Notes under the pieces: generated by a model | Database searches by the model: none | What the model saw: the letters and a program-made list of their open reading frames with translations, nothing else | What the model was told of the DNA's origin: nothing | NCBI GenBank assembly: GCA_963847445.1 | Contig: CAWJZV010000046.1 | Coordinates: 64,001 to 128,000 of the forward strand | Source of the DNA: an uncultured delta proteobacterium | GTDB lineage: Bacteria > Desulfobacterota > Binatia > UBA9968 | DNA length: 64,000 nt | Direction of reading: 5' to 3' | Shown here: in pieces, positions 60,972 through 64,000 of the stretch | How positions within the stretch are numbered: the first letter of the stretch is position 1 | Layout: the number at the start of each line of letters is the position of its first letter | Translations under genes and position numbers: made by a program

Positions 60972-61749
60972 ATGGCCTTCGACCTCGACGCATATTGTGA
61001 TCGGATTAACTACACGGGGTCCCGCGATCCAACTTTGGCCACTTTAAGGGGCCTGCACTTCGCGCATGCGCACAACGTGCCTTTCGAGAATCTCGACATT
61101 CACTTGGGTCAAGCAATTTCTTTGCAACCGGCCGATCTGTTCACCAAGATCGTCACCCGCAAGCGTGGCGGGTATTGCTACGAGGTTAACAGTTTCTTTG
61201 CCATGATCTTGCGGGCTTTTGGCTTTCAAGTGCACGGCCTGTTGGCCCGCGTTCTGTTTAGCAATCTCGGGCTTGCGGCCGCGCAGCCATCAGCTGCTTT
61301 TGGTTACGGTGGACAAAGAGCCATGGATCGCCGATGTCGGTTTTGGCAGTTGCTGCCTGCGCGAGCCAATGCGTCTGACGCCCGGTGTGGTGAGCGAGCA
61401 AGGCCCGGACAGCTTTCGACTCAAAACAGATGCAGGCCACACTTATGTTTTGGAAGCGTTGCTAGCCGGGCGTTGGCAAGACCTCTACGAGTTTACCCTG
61501 GAACCATTCGATCTCGTCGATTACGAGCCGTTCAATTACTGGAACTCGACATCTCCCCATGTGCGTTTTACGCAACAGAAGCTCTGTACGATTCCCACAA
61601 AAGAGGGACGTATAGTGGCGGTCGATATGGAGTTTAAGATTCACGGCCGCCAGGGCACACAAACGATAACGGCGAAAACGCATGAAGAATACCTGGAATT
61701 GCTGCGCGCACATTTCGGTCTGGAGGTAGCCGGCACGTTCATCAAATGA
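60972..61749 (+). CDS. Arylamine N-acetyltransferase (one frameshift)
   Basis: VPFENLD, RGGYCYE, HQLL, ADVGFG (Cys-His-Asp triad). Confidence 0.9.
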
Positions 61750-61829
61750 GGCCGGGTGAATCCGTAGCCCACGTCTGTAGGTCAATGTTTGGAGGAGATT
61801 ATGACCAACAAGGAATCCAATCTGACGGC

Positions 61830-62131
61830 CTGCCGGGAGACGGGGATCGTATGGTTCTGCCGAAGCGCTTTCAGATCTCTGGAACGGTGCTGGTTTGACC
61901 GACATCGAAGTTACAGACCTGACAATATCATGCCAGTTCTCTTCGTTTGATGAGCTGTGGCAACGTTATCTGACGGGCGAAGGCCCTCCGGGTGCGTATA
62001 TGGCGGGTCTTTCTGCCGATCGTCGTGAAGCGTTAAGAAGCGCGATGCAGCAGAACGTCCTGGGCGATGGCCCCGATGGGCCGTTTACACTTCAGGCGAA
62101 AGCGTGGGCGGTGCGTGGGAGAGTGCCCTGA
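61830..62131 (+). pseudogene. C-terminal fragment of a class I SAM methyltransferase
   Basis: LWNGAGLTDIEV...FSSFDELW...GPPGAYM...AKAWAVRG, with no SAM-binding N-terminus upstream. Confidence 0.55.
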
Positions 62132-62173
62132 CGAAGTTATTTCTCTGGCAACGCACGAAACGGGAGGCGATCG

Positions 62174-62953
62174 ATGCAGAACTTCGAAGCAGCAGACGTT
62201 GCTCGTCTAGATCGAGCCTATTCAACTCCGCAGATCGTCGACCAAAGACGGAAGTTCCGCGCAGCCGTTGCGGCTCGTCCAGGCGAAATCGGGTTAGATG
62301 TGGGCTGCGGCGCCGGCCATCTCGCGTGCGAACTGGCCAGAGAAGTAACGCCGAGGGGCCGGATCGTTGCGATCGACAAGAGTCGTAAGTCGGTTGACGC
62401 GTCTAAGGCTCGCGTCGCGAGGGAAGAACTCGCCGACACGGTTGACATGCGAGTCGGTGACGCAACCGCCTAGAGTTCCCTGACGAGACGTTCGATTTCA
62501 TCGTGGCTGTTCAGGTCTATTCCTTCGTTCCAAATGTCGCGCGGGCGATCGAGGAAGCAGCGCGTGTGCTGCGCAAAGGCGGCCGGTTGCTGGTGCTCGA
62601 ATCGGACTGGGACAAGTGCATATGGAAGTCAAAGATCCCGCTTTCACTCGTCGTATGATTTCAGCGCGGGCCGAGACGCAATTCGCCCATGCCTATCTCC
62701 CGCGTGATTTGCATAAGTATTTGCGCGCTGCGGGTTGACACTTGCCGATGTACAAGCGTTCTCCATCGTCGAAACGAATTATGATCCGGAGTCGTACGGC
62801 GCCAGCGTGATCGGCATCACTCGCGACTCGGCGCTCAAGCATGGTATGCCCGCCGAAGCTGTCGCCGCCTGGGAACAAGATCTCCGCTCTCGCACAGCGG
62901 ACGGTGAATGGTTTTTTTGTTTGGACCGATTTGTGTTTACGGGGAAGAAGTAG
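62174..62953 (+). CDS. UbiE-like SAM methyltransferase (about three frameshifts)
   Basis: LDVGCGAG, GDA..LEFPDETFD, RVLRKGGRL, ESDWD, GEWFF. Confidence 0.75.
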
Positions 62954-63071
62954 CGGCGACTTAGCAATATAGCGTAATTACAACATCGCTGGCGAGCCAG
63001 CTGAATCTGACGTCAGGGGTCGCTCAGTCAAAAAGTTTAGGCCACTGCCAGACATGTAAGGAGACAAACAC

Positions 63072-64000
63072 ATGATCGCTTTTGGATTCTTACTCCCAAC
63101 GCGGGAAATCGTCATGAACCAAGAGGTCCCCAACTTTAGTGAGATCCTTGACCTGGCAGAGCACGCAGAAGCGTTGGGATTCGACTCCGTTTGGGTTGGT
63201 GACAGTGTGCTGGCACGTCCGCGATTCGAGGCTTTAACGACACTGGCAGCCGTCGCTGCGCGCACGCAGCGAGTACGGTTGGGGACCGGCGTGCTTCTCC
63301 CCATGCTGCGTCATCCGGTGCTCTTGGCCAATGAGGTTGCCAGTCTGGACCATGTTGCCAATGGGCGGCTGATTCTCGGGGTAGGAATTGGCGGCAATGC
63401 TCCCGCGGTTGCCCGGGAATTTGCCGCCTGCGGGGTGTTGATCTCCCGCCGCGTCGGCTTGTTCGAAGAAAGCCTCGCGCTTCTGCGTCGGTTGTGGACT
63501 GAACCCGAGGTGACATTTCAGGGGCGCTATTTTCAGCTGCAGGCCGTGCGGTTAGGGTTGCGTCCGCTGCAAAAGTCAGGCGTCCCGCTCTGGGTGGCCG
63601 GGAGAGTGGATAATGCGCTCCGGCGGATCCTGCGTCTCGGCGACGGTTGGTTGCCGATTTCGTCGTCGCCCGAAGCCTTCAAGGCGGATTGGGATCGCCT
63701 CCGAACGTTGGGGCAAGAGATGGGGCGAGACGCCCACGACCTGCATCGCTGTTTGTATACTACGCTCAACGTCAACGCCGATGTCGCCCAAGCAGAACGC
63801 GAGCTGCGCGCGTTCATCGAAAACTATTACGGGATACCGTACGAGGTGCAAGCGACTCGGAACGGCCTCTGCGCCGGCTCGCCGGAATAGTGCATTGCAT
63901 GGCTCAAGGCGTTTATCGCTGCCGGGGCACAGACTATCGTGGTTCGCTTCGGCAGTCCGGATCAGGCTGGCCAACTGGGGCGATTTGCCGGGAGGTTTTG
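63072..64000 (+). CDS. LLM-class flavin-dependent oxidoreductase with an in-frame TAG at 63888; runs to the window edge
   Basis: AEALGFDSVWVGDS, LGTGV, RHPVLLA, GRLILGVG, LGDGW; after the TAG the frame continues CIAWLKAFIAAGAQTIVVRF. Confidence 0.85.

Noticed and set aside
2379-62953. More than 20 split genes as mass pseudogenisation or programmed frameshifting
   Set aside because: The lesions are 1-2 nt indels scattered across all gene types, including manC, polB, tctA and the RluA-family gene, with motifs intact on both sides and no shared slippery site. Long-read consensus error is the simpler explanation; short-read polishing would decide.

Overview
A 64-kb, GC-rich bacterial chromosomal window. 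Gene content suggests a Candidatus Binatia/Binatota-like 'deltaproteobacterium'; this is inference only. It looks like an unpolished long-read assembly, because more than 20 otherwise ordinary genes carry 1-2 nt indels. Content: (i) the start of a hydrogenase-4/Ehr-like operon and an AT-richer patch with ArsR, Pal-like and pentapeptide genes; (ii) a long catabolic mosaic with about 12 solute-binding-fold proteins, only one complete transporter (tctCBA behind a sigma54-type promoter), four amidohydrolases, three VOC proteins, UbiD, a GMC oxidoreductase, LLM oxidoreductases, SDRs, a bicupin, a heme-oxygenase-like diiron protein and an M29/NicX-like protein; (iii) a more housekeeping block with a family B DNA polymerase, PAC2, GT2, TrmI, ManC and an RluA-family synthase; (iv) a tail of fragments. 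I recognised no rRNA, tRNA, CRISPR array, transposase or integrase. The most striking unexplained signal is non-coding. About 20 intergenic gaps hold a modular set of short-period (7, 8 or 9 nt) tandem repeats, mostly as inverted arms. These recur as dispersed families, combine in a fixed order with REP-like hairpins, and are nested inside one another. Also notable are several enzymes whose catalytic residues are replaced: two non-YxxxK SDRs around a bicupin, a ligand-less amidohydrolase next to an intact one, and a Cys-free racemase-fold protein.
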